A stretch of 63,544 bases of DNA, counting the filler, from Craspedostauros australis (lineage: Eukaryota), in assembly GCA_030167865.1 (NCBI GenBank). It is 16 parts of 16 records of this genome, joined end to end, with 100 filler letters (N's around TTAATTAATTAA, not from the genome) between each part and the next. Parts side by side here need not be neighbours in the genome. Positions count along the whole stretch, not along the records: positions 5,768 to 16,663 come from JALAGF010002489.1; positions 16,764 to 24,981 come from JALAGF010002493.1; 14 more parts are not named here. One strand, given 5' to 3'. A program made the translations under genes and the position numbers. Below the pieces are notes generated by a model. That model was given only the letters and a program-made list of their open reading frames with translations, searched no databases and was not told the DNA's origin. Positions 11,105-22,970 of the stretch are shown here, piece by piece; position 1 is the first letter of the stretch; each line of letters starts with the position of its first letter.

Positions 11105-12249
11105 ATGATGATCCACGGCAACTTCCGCTCAATGTCGGCTGCGATCATGCTGACCGCTGCATGGAGCCTCGCCTCTGTCGCGACGAATCCTGCCATGGCG
11201 TTCCAGACCTCGTTGGGAAGAGCGGCGATGGCAACAACACAGCAACAGCGTCATGCGACATTTCTGTCTGCCACAGCAAGTGACGATGGCATCGACGAAA
11301 TCGACCTCAAGCTCATGGGCATCGCCAAGAAACTCAAGCTGGATATCTTCGATCTCGATGAAGGAGTGTTCAGTTTCGCGTCCAAGGAGAATCGTTATGG
11401 GTTGGAGATCGTGCGCGCCACGATGTCTCTCAAAGACGGCGGTTTGGGATTGGTGTTGACGGAGATGGCCGGCAGTCCCGATGGGCGCGGCCTTGTGCTC
11501 ATCAGAGAGGTCGGAGGCAATGCAACCAACGCCAATGTGCCCATTCATGTTGGAGGTGAGATTGAAGCCGGGCGCAGCTGCAGTGGCTCATGCACTTGTA
11601 GTTTGCTTGGTCTTCTGACTTGTAACTTCTGTTTACCAATGTAAAACTCACGTGCATTCTCTCTTCCTCTTCTTTCTTCAACTGTTGCACAAAACAAGAC
11701 GCAATCACTGGTGTCATCACCAAGAATTTTCGAGGACGCACCACCGGATTGAACTACGACCGCACGGTCGGCATCATCGGCGAGGCAAAGAAAGCAGCCA
11801 TGGACGATGACAACCAACTGACCTTGGAACTCACACGCGTTGTGGAACGCGCGAAGATCCTGGTGGAGATCGATGATGGGCTGGGTAATATCCAACGCGT
11901 GGACGCTTTGGCGGGCGAAGATCTGCGCCGTCTACTCCTACGCAAGAGTATACGCCTGTACGACGATCGCACCGCACGTTTTGACATGCCGCATGTGTAT
12001 GGCAACTGCGGCGGTGAAGGTGCATGCGGCACATGCCTTGTGGCTGTTCAGGAGGGACAAGAATTGCTCAACGACTGCGACGAACATGAAACTCTGCTCC
12101 TCAAGGGTCGCCCATTGACATGGCGGGCGTCATGTCAGACGGTGATTGGTGCGGACAACAAGCCTGGCGTAGTGCGCATCAGCCTCAAGCCGCAAGCCAC
12201 ACTGGAGTCCGAACTCAACCCAGGCGTCAAGAGCTTGACGAAGAATTGA
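11105..12249 (+). CDS. Plastid-targeted PDZ-like plus 2Fe-2S ferredoxin domain protein; intron 11556-11698
   Basis: Signal peptide ending AMA-F (ASAFAP-like), GLGL PDZ-type loop, cluster motif NCGGEGACGTC...WRASCQ. The GT-AG intron joins ORFs 11105 and 11749 in frame. Confidence 0.85.
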
Positions 12250-12451
12250 AGGACCTTCGCGCAATGCTGTCCATCAAATCACTATACCGACAGTCTTGGG
12301 CCATTCTGTCATACTTCTGCTGGAGTATGGTGCGCACTCCTTTCTTCTGTTCCTACAATCACCCCAACCTACACATGCACACATCTTAAGAAGCCAGAAT
12401 AAGAGCAGAGTACTAAAATATGCATATACTACAATAGTATTATAGAGTACT

Positions 12452-14365
12452 CTATTCCGCTTCATTGTGGGCCTCCTTGATCTCACGAAAGACAAGCTGT
12501 GCCAGATCGATGTCGATGTGCTCTCCGTCAGCGTACGCAATGTGATGCCGCTTCGTCGTCTCATCGTAGTCCGTGACCTTCGCCTTGTAGAAGTAACCAT
12601 TCGAACATTTGACTTTGATCTTCGTATCCACCCAAGATTCGGGATCCTCCATCTCTTCCACTTCGTCAGGATCCTTCGTCACTTCGATAACATTGGTTTC
12701 GGACACGCGGTCGTCATGCTCGGGGTCCGGATCTTCAAACACGTAATCGACCTTGTCAAAGTCAATGCCCATCCTGTTCTTGCGCAAAGCCGGCACGATT
12801 TGATCGTGCAGCTTCTTGTGGATGAACCTGCAGAGATGGTCCTCGACCGTTCTCGTCTTGCGATGGATTCCGAAGGTATCGTAGAACTTGGCCAGCGGCC
12901 GGACCTTGCCGACGCCGTACTTGTGCTCTTCCTTGGAATAGTACGATGCGCCCGGCTGTCCGGTTCCGATGATGGCGTTCAAGCGCTTCATCCCTTCCAC
13001 CTCGGCGTTCGGAAAGAGCTCCTCGTTCTCCCAGAACTTGCCCTTGACCTCGTGACCCCTCGGTCGGTTGTACATGTGGAACACCATGGATCGCTCCGGC
13101 GCGTAGTAATCGTAACCGTACGTGAAGCCACGCACGCCCATGCTGATTTCCTCACCTTGGAAGACCATCGGAATGTGCTGGTCGTAAGGAACCTGGACGA
13201 GGAAATGCCCTCGCGCGAAAGAAAAGCCAGCCGCCCAGAATGGTTCGTAAGTCGGTTCGCCGACAATGTTGGGCCTGCCCTCCGGCTGCTGGTCGTGCCG
13301 CAAGTGGCTGTACACGCCCTCGTCCTCATAGATAGTGTCGCACATGATGGGTCTTGTGTGGCTCAGGCTCTGGTGGGTGTCGGGATCGATGCGACCATCC
13401 AAACTTGACAGATACACGGTCAGGACGGCCATCTCGTTCTTCGCCGACTCCCACTGCTGGATGACGTCCGCGTCCCAACCTTCCACGAACCGCACGTGCG
13501 AGTCCACCTGCATGGCGAAGTACTCTCCGCGGTACATCCTGTGTGCCAAGTGACGCGCAAAGACGGGACCGACCGAGAACTCCGCTGGCTGTTCGAACGA
13601 CTCGATCAGGTGACGATACTTGCACAGAGTCTGCTCGGGATCCTCCTCGCACGGCCGCGCTGGTTGATCGCAAATGGGATCGTCTTCGGTCCTCTGATCG
13701 ACGATGCTGACGCGTATCCGTTCTGGGAACGTCGCGCGTTCGAAGAGATCCTCGAGAGTCGGCCCGCATTCTGGATCTCGAAAGGTGGCGAGCGACACGT
13801 AGATGGTCTGCATGCCCTCGTGCGTGGAGCTGCCGATCTGACCTGCCTCCTCTGCAGTGATGAGCCGTTCGCCGTTGTCGCCCAAAAATGCACGCACGCC
13901 GGATGCACCGTACGCATTGGTCGGGTTCCAGAACCTGGGCACCCGAATCTTGCGCTTCAGCTTGCGGTGCTTGCGCAAGATGGTGTCCATTTCGGTTTGG
14001 TTAGCCAGCAGGATGGCCGGGTGATCGATCTCCTCCATGTCGTCTCCAACATGAACAGGAAAGGTGCGCTGAACCATCTCGATGTCATGCTTTGACTGAT
14101 CGGTGGTAGAATGGCGCAGCCTCCACTTCGGTGGGATGATGTCGACGACCTTCCGCACGATCGCCTTGAGCTCCTCCTGCTCGGCCTTGATGAAGCTGAG
14201 GTTGGTGTCGGTGCGCTTCGTGAGGATTGCGTAGATGCCGAGCTGCGCCAGCAGGAACAACATCATCACTACGCCGATCATGGACATCAGGTTGCTGTCT
14301 TCCGGTTTCATCACGACCTGTTGCCGCCTTTTGCGGCGATCTCGTCTTGCCTGGTCGATACCCAT
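12452..14365 (-). CDS. GT60-family polypeptide/hydroxyproline GlcNAc transferase, type II membrane protein, with a C-terminal Tudor-like segment
   Basis: N-terminal TM helix. Motifs IYVSLATFRDPEC, GPVFARH, QVDSHVRF, FWAAGFSF, VPYD and FQGEE. Confidence 0.88.
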   Translation of the reverse strand: MGIDQARRDRRKRRQQVVMKPEDSNLMSMIGVVMMLFLLAQLGIYAILTKRTDTNLSFIKAEQEELKAIVRKVVDIIPPKWRLRHSTTDQSKHDIEMVQRTFPVHVGDDMEEIDHPAILLANQTEMDTILRKHRKLKRKIRVPRFWNPTNAYGASGVRAFLGDNGERLITAEEAGQIGSSTHEGMQTIYVSLATFRDPECGPTLEDLFERATFPERIRVSIVDQRTEDDPICDQPARPCEEDPEQTLCKYRHLIESFEQPAEFSVGPVFARHLAHRMYRGEYFAMQVDSHVRFVEGWDADVIQQWESAKNEMAVLTVYLSSLDGRIDPDTHQSLSHTRPIMCDTIYEDEGVYSHLRHDQQPEGRPNIVGEPTYEPFWAAGFSFARGHFLVQVPYDQHIPMVFQGEEISMGVRGFTYGYDYYAPERSMVFHMYNRPRGHEVKGKFWENEELFPNAEVEGMKRLNAIIGTGQPGASYYSKEEHKYGVGKVRPLAKFYDTFGIHRKTRTVEDHLCRFIHKKLHDQIVPALRKNRMGIDFDKVDYVFEDPDPEHDDRVSETNVIEVTKDPDEVEEMEDPESWVDTKIKVKCSNGYFYKAKVTDYDETTKRHHIAYADGEHIDIDLAQLVFREIKEAHNEAE

Positions 14366-15608
14366 CTTCGCTGGTACCCGATGTGGCTCTGCTGGTGTAT
14401 GGTAGAGGACTGAAAGTCACCGCGTGAGGATGAGTGTGAGTGCGAGTATGAGTGTTTGGTGGAATGGAGTGGGCGAAATAGTGGAAGCAGTTGGTTTGTT
14501 GGTTGGCTGATTGACTGATTGATCACTTGCATTGTTGTGCGTTGGTTCGTGTTGTTTCACTTTGTTTCTGGGTTTGGGTCTTTTCCCCATCATGTTTCCG
14601 TCCTCGTGTCCGTGGAGCGACCGTTGGAAGCAAATGGTCACGTGTTGGCAGTTATTTGGCGGTTTTCTTTCCCATCACCAAAGATGCGGCAAAGGTTGTT
14701 AACTTTCCGCCAGTAGTGACTCGTGCTCCATGCGAGCTTCGTACTCTACCACAGCACCATCACATTGATGATCGCAAGACTACTATACATCTAATCAACT
14801 CCATGTTTGCGCCCAATTTCCCTACAATACTCGTACAGGTGGTATCGTATGTATGCACCCACAGGTTATGAATCTAAATGTCTTCGAAATGCAGCAAAGT
14901 TCGATGCAGCGAACTCTGCTTCGAGTACAGGTGCCAGCGTATTGGGCGGGCCAGGCTCCCACTTGTGTTGTAAAGATCGCGAGCAGCGTGCCAAGCGCGG
15001 AGAGTCCAGCTCCAGCAGTACCACTGGAACATCGACATTGACGTCGCGGGGTCGTGAATTCCAGTATTCAAGCTCGTGTCATACCACAGGTTGTTTTGAG
15101 CCAAGCACTGCGGCCTTTGGCACATCCTAGACGGTACCCTCCTTCAAATCCAGTTCATTTGCCTGCCAATCCGAGGTCGCTCAATCTCCAATTGCCATCC
15201 GCGATCTGGTCGAACGTTTTGGTGACGGCACGAAGACAAAATCTCGCAAGATGGCTACGACCATCTCGCGGAGCTTGAATCGGTCAGAATCCGCACACCT
15301 CCGCGAAAGGTCGTGCACACGATTCCATGCTGGCAATGCGGAGCCCACACAGCGAAAGCTGTCATTTCGTGCGTTGCCCATGCCTCCTTGAAGTAGGAGC
15401 TCGGCTCGTCATGGTTGGTACATCTGAATGGCTTCATTGACCTGTCTTCCAATAAACGACTTCATCGTGCACGATGGAAATGCTGTCTGCAGGTGATTTC
15501 GATGTGTATGCTGGCAAACCATTTGAGGAACTCATTGCAGCCACAATCGAATTATTGCGCAAACACATCTGATGGACGAGCCAGAGCACTTGTGTGCATA
15601 TTCATACA

Positions 15609-15800
15609 ATGGATTTGTGGCAGAAGGGAAGCTTCAATGCCGAGGTCATGCCCAATTCTGACACCACCAAACACAACTACACTCTCCTCATCTTCTACCA
15701 TGGCATCCACTGCCCCATCTGCCCTGGACAGCTCAAACAGATTGAAGTCTACTACTCAGATCTCCTCAAGGCCAACATGAGCATAGTTGAGATTCAATGA
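15609..15800 (+). pseudogene. Truncated AhpC/TSA peroxiredoxin-like (CxxC) gene fragment
   Basis: LLIFYHGIHCPICPGQL resembles the 'FYRGxHCPIC' motif. The frame stops early and the surroundings look decayed. Confidence 0.55.
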
Positions 15801-16154
15801 GGGACAGACTACTACCGAACACGGTATCAACCCGATGGGAGAAATTCCTGTTTTGGCGCGAAATCTTCCGACTTGATTGACCACCAAATCTTTTCTCCTC
15901 CTTTCTCTCCTCCATTCACGAATCCATCATGACCCAAACCTGACCGACCTGACTCACAACCCACCTGGGAACTATATGCTCTTCAGATCCTCCTTACTAC
16001 AACATACCTCAATTCCCTCATGCTGCTGACCACCACACTACTACCGTGGTCTCAACATGTGTATCCAACTTGCTTCAACTCAAGCAATGGAATCCGAGGG
16101 TCAGCTTCAGCCACATCCACTGCTTCATGACTGTCATCACTGATTGTCATGATC

Positions 16155-16338
16155 TACACTACAGTGTAATTACATGTGCGGAGAGCAAAGTACTGTATTG
16201 ACTGTCTACTCTGTTGCACTGAATCAAGTGCATCAGTGCAGGGTCTCACCAAGTTGTGTGGCATCGTTTCTTCACCCTACTAACACCAATAAGCTAACTC
16301 ATAATAACAGACAAGGATTAGCTACAAAGCACTCTACT
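16155..16338 (+). repeat. Dispersed ~190-bp repeat, copy 1 (cut by an N gap)
   Basis: Near-identical to the reverse complement of about 59345-59528. Confidence 0.9.
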
Positions 16339-16927
16339 NNNNNNNNNNNNNNNNNNNNNNNNNNNNNNNNNNNNNNNNNNNNNNNNNNNNNNNNNNNNNN
16401 NNNNNNNNNNNNNNNNNNNNNNNNNNNNNNNNNNNNNNNNNNNNNNNNNNNNNNNNNNNNNNNNNNNNNNNNNNNNNNNNNNNNNNNCCAAATACTCTCT
16501 TATCAACTCCACCGAGCATCTTCCTCTGCCAACCGATCGCAAGAGTCTCTCTGAGACGAAGCCAAAAGGCACAGCTCGAAGACCGAGCTTCCAACAAGGA
16601 CCACGTCCTCACCGCATGCATCTGATCTGAAATCAGATCCCCACCGCTCGAAAACCGAGCCACNNNNNNNNNNNNNNNNNNNNNNNNNNNNNNNNNNNNN
16701 NNNNNNNTTAATTAATTAANNNNNNNNNNNNNNNNNNNNNNNNNNNNNNNNNNNNNNNNNNNNCAAGTGCGTATGAGAGAATAGCGGGTGAACGATGCAC
16801 ATATACACGTACATCTTGATATATACTCACATGTACATCTCGACAAACAACTGCTCGCACAAGTACAAGCTCTCTGACGACAACTGGGCAAACCCGACGG
16901 CGAACCTCCGCAGCTCAATGGAGGCCC

Positions 16928-19900
16928 GTGACAATGATAGTCAGCCACAACCGGGCACAGTTCAGATCGAACAACAACGGACCCGACAACCAAGAGGAAT
17001 TGAGACCGGACGGATCAACTTCTCAACAACAACACATAGGGCAATCCACTCAGCCCAAACCAAAAGGCCACGTCAGGATAGCGACCCTCAACATCGGAAG
17101 CTTGCCACCAGACCCTACGGAACCCAAGAACGACGACCTATGGCAGTTCACACGCCAACACCACGTCGACATACTCCTTATCACGGAGGTCAGACTCAAC
17201 TGGAACCAAGTTCCCACGGATACCACACTTGCACACCGAGCGGAGCGGCACCTGCGCATGGTGAAAACCAGCACATCGCACTACCGGACCACCACCCGCA
17301 ACCCTCGCCAGTGGGGCGGCACGGCAGTACTCATCCACGGCAACGCCGCCGGCAGAGTGCTGTCTCGCAGCAATGACCCCAACCAAAGCGGGCGATGGGC
17401 AAGCATGCTGCTGCAAGGCAAGCAGGGCATCAAAGTCCAAGTGGTGTCCATCTACGTCCCCACAAAGTCAACACAAACCACCGGGACAGTCTACAATCAA
17501 CAATCAATCAAGGCAGCCCAACGAGGATCCAACCTGGAGCCAATAGACCTGCTCATTCACGACCTGAAGACCCAGATATCGCTCTGGAAGCAAGCAGGAG
17601 AAACGATCATCGTAGGGGGTGATGTGAACATGGACATCAGAAGGTCCAAAATATCGACAATGCTTCAGTCCGAAGGCATGCACGAACACCACTCAAAACA
17701 GATCAACCACCCATACGCCACAATGATCAGGAACACCAGAGGAATCCCAATCGATGGCATATGGACCACGAGCGACATACGCCCATCTCAGCTCGGCCTC
17801 ACGGCCTACAGCGGCTGGGACCACAGAGCGGTGTGGATGGACATCGTCGCAGCCAGCCTACTCGGACCCTCCAAACAACCCACCACGCCATTCAGAGGAC
17901 GGAGGCTGCAACTCAACCAACCAGCGACAGTGCGCAGGTATACAGAAGAGTACGCCAAACAGGCCAACAACAAACGGCTACGAGCACGCGCAGAAGCACT
18001 CAACTCAGACATCGGAGAAGGTCCCATCACAACAACGCAAATTCGCGAACTCGAAGCCATCGACAAAGACCGAACCCAGGCCATCCTACACGCAGAACGC
18101 CACTGTCGCCAAGTACGCGCAGGTGCAGTCCCATTCTCGCCAGCACTGTTGAAGATACACTGGGAGTACAGGTTTTGGACCCTCAGCATAAAGTGTAGGA
18201 AAGGGCACAACATCAAAGGGCGCACCGTCGACAAAGCCAGGAAAAAGGCGAGGCTCTCAGCACTCACCCAGCATATGACCCTGACAGAGATGGGTAGACG
18301 CAGAAACGATGCATGGCGCCGTTACCGACAAGAGAAGCAAGACGCCGCTAACCACCGGAGGACGTTCCTCGCAGACGACGAAGCTGAAGTCTCCCGAACA
18401 GGCAGGGATACTGCAAAATACAGAGCCCAAATCCAGCAAAGAGAAGACACGCGAGCGACCTACAGGCGCATCGGCTGGGCACTAAAGGCGAACGGAGAGG
18501 ACTCCCAAGTGTCCATCGTTATTGATGACGGACCAAGAGGGCAAGGGAATCTCCTCACATCCGGAGAAGATGTGGCCAGAGCATGCTGTAACAACAACAT
18601 TGACAAATACAGCCAGGCCTGGCGGGCTGAGGTCTGCCAGCGACCACTGAAGCGCAGCCTCGGCCGATTCGGCACCAGCGCGGCGGCCACAGCCATCCTA
18701 CACGGCATCGTCCCGTCGCAGATCAGTGCCAGCACCAACAAAGTGCTCCAAGCTCTGCACCAACCTCCACAGGCAAGTCCATGGCCCCGGCTGAACACGA
18801 CCATCACCCAGGACAGCCACTCTGAAGGATGGTCACGCATCAAAGAGAGCACGTCTTCTGGGCAGTCTGGAATCCACTTTGGGTGTTGGAAGGCCAATGC
18901 GAAGGTGCCAGAGCTTGCTCTCATCGATGCCATACTGCGTGAGATCCCTTACCGCACGGGCTACAACCTCCAGAGATGGCAACAATGCACCGACATACAG
19001 CTGAGGAAGAAACCGGGCAATCTCGCAGTCACCAAAACAAGGACGATTGGCCTCATGGAAGGCGACTTCAACATGAACAATCGCCTTCTCGGCAAACAGG
19101 CCAGATCACACGCGGAGAGCAACGGGACCATCGCCGCAGAACAATATGGAAGCCGGAAAGCCCACACGGCCCAAGAAGTCCTACTCAACACCACCCTCAT
19201 CGACGATGTAGGCCGAGTCACAGGCCTCCACTATGCCGTCTGCTCCAATGACGCGAAGGGATGCTACGATCGAATCGCCCACCCCATATTCGGCTTGGCA
19301 CTACAACGACAGGGAGTGCCGGCAGCGCCCATCGAGAGCACCCTGCGCACTTTACAGGCGATGACTCACCGCATACGCACCGCTGTAGGCACGTCAACCG
19401 CTTCGTACTCAGGCAAGCAGCGAGGCCAATTCCTCCAAGGCTTAGTCCAGGGATTGGGATCCGCGCCAACAGGCTGGTTGCTCATCAGTTCAGCCATCAT
19501 CGACAGCATGCGCCGCCGCGGGCACGGACTCAGCCTCCCAGATCCCATCACCAATGCCGGCCACGTCATCACAGGGACAGCCTACGTCGATGACACCAAC
19601 GTGATGCAGAGCCTGCAAGCAGACACCCCCAATGCGCAGGCCACAGCCTTCCAAGCGTCAGTCGATCATTGGGACAATCTACTCACTACCACGGGCGGAG
19701 CTCTAGAACCGACAAAGAGCTTCTGGCAGCTGATCCGATTCAAGTGGCACAGAACGCAATGGACCTACGACCTATCTACTCCCACCACCGGAGTCCACAT
19801 GAACTCCCCAGATGGCCAGCGCATCAAGTTGGCACTGACTGGCCCTCGAACCGCAGCCAAATACCTGGGGATGATGTCTTGGAGAGACGGCAAGCAAACA

Positions 19901-22513
19901 GAGCACGCCACCTACCTCCTCAACAAATCGAGGGAGTGGGCGGAACGCATCAGAACGTCCGGGATCAGTAAACAGGACACGGAAATCGCCCTCAAGTCTG
20001 TACTGTGGCCGTCGTTGACCTACTCTGCTCCAGCCACCACCATGTCTCCATCCCAGTGGCGCGCAGTGATGAGCACCGCCCTGACTGCGGCTCTTCCGTC
20101 CATGGGTATCGCCCGGACAATCGCCAGGGAGTATGTCTTCGGCCACGGCGACGCCATGGGCATGGGGGTGCACAACCTGCACACGGTGCAAGTCATCTCC
20201 CATCTTTCCATGGTGATGCAACACTTTGAGCAGGACACGGAAACAGGCCGGCTGCTACGCTCCTCACTTCGACACCTCGAACTGTGGACCGGACTACCAG
20301 AGCAACTGCAACAGCATGAACGTAAATGGAAGACCTGGACGGCCACAACGTGGTGGCAAAACACCTTCCACACCGCCTCACAGCTCGGCATCGTCATGAC
20401 AGACCAAAGCAGTGCTGCCCGCCAACCGCGCCGCGGTGACGAGACCATCATGCACCTAGCCATTCAAGCAGGAGTCCCTACGACAATACTGGGTCTGGCC
20501 AACGTCGCCCGCATACACCTCAGAGCACTTTGGTTGTCGGACATCACCTCTGCCTGTGGCACACGTATCCTGCCCGAAATCCTGCGACGATCCAGGCTGC
20601 CGCCAGGCACCACCACGTGGCCCAAGACGGGGACCGTAACCCGGACAGCGTGGGAAGCTTGGGAACATGTGCTGGCAACTCTAGTGGCCGCAGACAGACC
20701 AGGTTGGCATGTGCAGGCGACCCTCGGCCTGTGGTACCACGCACCCTCGCGCCGCGCTGCTCAACTCTCAGACGGAACGATCAGGCGACCAGGTCAGGCG
20801 AGAGCCCAAGACGCCAACGGCCCTCGTCCAACGCACGTGGTCGACAGATCTGCCCGACGATCCGGAGCAGCCACCATAGCATCTGGAGGCATTCAAGCCC
20901 GCGCCAACCCGACTACCATTCGTGCCTGGCTACACCACAAAGGCCCCGCAGCCACTGCCATGCTACCAACGCTGCAGATCCAAGGCGACATCCACCAAAT
21001 CGTTCAGTCGATCACGACCGGCACATGCGCCACCTGCAGCGATGTATCTGCAAAGCACAGCAAAGGAGCAGCCGCAGCAGTTATTCAAAGTGAGGTCGGA
21101 GACGACACACACCAGATCGTCGCCACATCCGCAGTTCCCAAGGGGTCGCACCCGACAGACTCCAACCGGGCCGAACTTGCTGGCGTGCTCATGTCCATAT
21201 GGGTGGTGACTTCCATTGCAGAGTGGGCAGGTGTGACTGGCGGCGCCACCATCGCGTGTGACAACAGCAGGGCGCTCAGGTCTGTGACCAACGCCCAGTG
21301 GCCCGACCCCAGGTGGCCCGATCACGATCTCAGAGCAGAAATCGTCCGCCTGCTGCGCAAAACAACGGTGCAGTTCAGGCAGCAGGAAGTGAAAGGTCAC
21401 ACAGATGACTCCGGCCAGCCTCTCATGGAATGGGAAACCATGAACGTCGCCGCCGACGCCCACGAAGGCCGACAATGGGAGATCTCGAGCCAGGCCGGAT
21501 GGAACAACAATATTCCCCCCGTACCCACTGGAGGATGGACCTTGCTCGCGGGCACCACACCCATCACCGACCTCGACTACTGGACGGTGCACAATGCCCT
21601 TGATGGCACCGGCATCCAACTCAAGTGGTGTCGGCGCTGGGGACATGCACACCCCTCTGAGGTGGACTGGATGCCCATGCGGACCAACTCCCGACGGTGG
21701 CAAGGCAGCAGACGTCGCACACTGCTCAAGCTTATGGCTGGCGCAGGCGCTAGCGGCAAGAACATGCAGCGGCGACAGCAGGAGGCCTCTGACACATGCC
21801 CCAGATGCGGCCGGCCGGAAGACAACTCACACGTTGTCACGTGCCCCAGTGCGTCCAGTCAGGCCATTTGGTCCAGGACGATGCTCAAGGTGCGGTCAAT
21901 CGTGCGACCGCCAACCACGCCACCGCTCGTCGCTCAATTGCTATGTACGGCCATCACCCGCATCTCCACAGGAGGCATTCCTCCGTCAGGCATTCGCGAC
22001 TCTCCCACCAAGAGTATCCAGCAACAGCAAGCGAAAGTGGGACGGAATGCCATAATGTGGGGCGGGTGGGCCACGGCCTGGCGAGAGCATTCCCCTCCTG
22101 CAGATCAGCACCGCCGCAGACGAATGCCCCGACAACTCCGGGACTGGCAAGCCAGTGTGACCAGTCTGCTGTGGCACGCGACCCTGGAGCAGTGGAAAGA
22201 CCGCAACGAGGTTAAAGCCTCGCAGCTCGCCGACGATATGGTGGAGCTGCTCGAACAGCAGGCCCTCCAAATCCGGTCAGTGGCGCCAGCACTCGTTCCG
22301 CCCCCGCTGCGACCCCTCTGGGAACAACCGCCTCCCATACAGCAAACTCGCGCCCTCGCGGAATGGGTACAGGCCATGCACAACGCACTCGGCCACGACA
22401 GCCCCCCTCTCCCGAAGGTGCTCTCCAACTGGATGCTCAACGTCCGGCGACAGGCGACCTCCGCTTCCGACTCCGCCCACGCCGCAACACGCCAATCTTC
22501 CACCGAGACCTGA
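16928..22513 (+). mobile_element. Non-LTR retrotransposon polyprotein: APE endonuclease, reverse transcriptase, RNase H and Cys/His motif (Ambal-like architecture)
   Basis: APE: ATLNI, ITE, SIYVP, GGDVN, IDG, WDH. RT: EQYGSR, NDAKGCYDRI, GLVQG, AYVDD, KYLG. RNase H: CSDVS, RAEL, ACDN, VKGH, NVAAD. C-terminal CPRC..EDNSHVVTC. No internal stop in 1861 codons; first ATG at 16934. Confidence 0.95.
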
Positions 22514-22970
22514 AGTGTTCCTCTCGGCAACCACGGCTGCCACACGACTTCACTCCGTTCCCGCAATGTGCTATCACGTTGAATAAACGAGGCGGAATAA
22601 AAGCGCCATCGGCGCATGACGTAACCGTTATAATCCGTGTGTTATATATATGGTCGCTTCTACGTGTGTAGCTCGTACTATGTGGAATATGGTATGATCT
22701 ACTAGTGCTTCCAACAAACAGCGCATCATGGCTTCTTGTCGAGACTCTCCACCAAGCGGCACGGACTCTCCGCTCGCACCATGATCTCGATCAACAACTC
22801 TCACAAGGTACAAGTGCAAGTACAGGTATGAATGAGATCTCTGGGGAAGATTGATGATTGTTCACTTCCATGAATTAGTAACGAACATGTTATGGTATTT
22901 GAAGTTGATGCCGACATGGCCATTCGCAAGTATGGCTTTCGCATCCACAAGGTGCGCAAAGGTTGACAGC

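Noticed and set aside
14868..15400. Coding-like minus-strand stretch with stops; similar ambiguous stretches at 7100-8030, 31950-32620 and 59746-60640
   Set aside because: No recognisable domain or consistent splice model.
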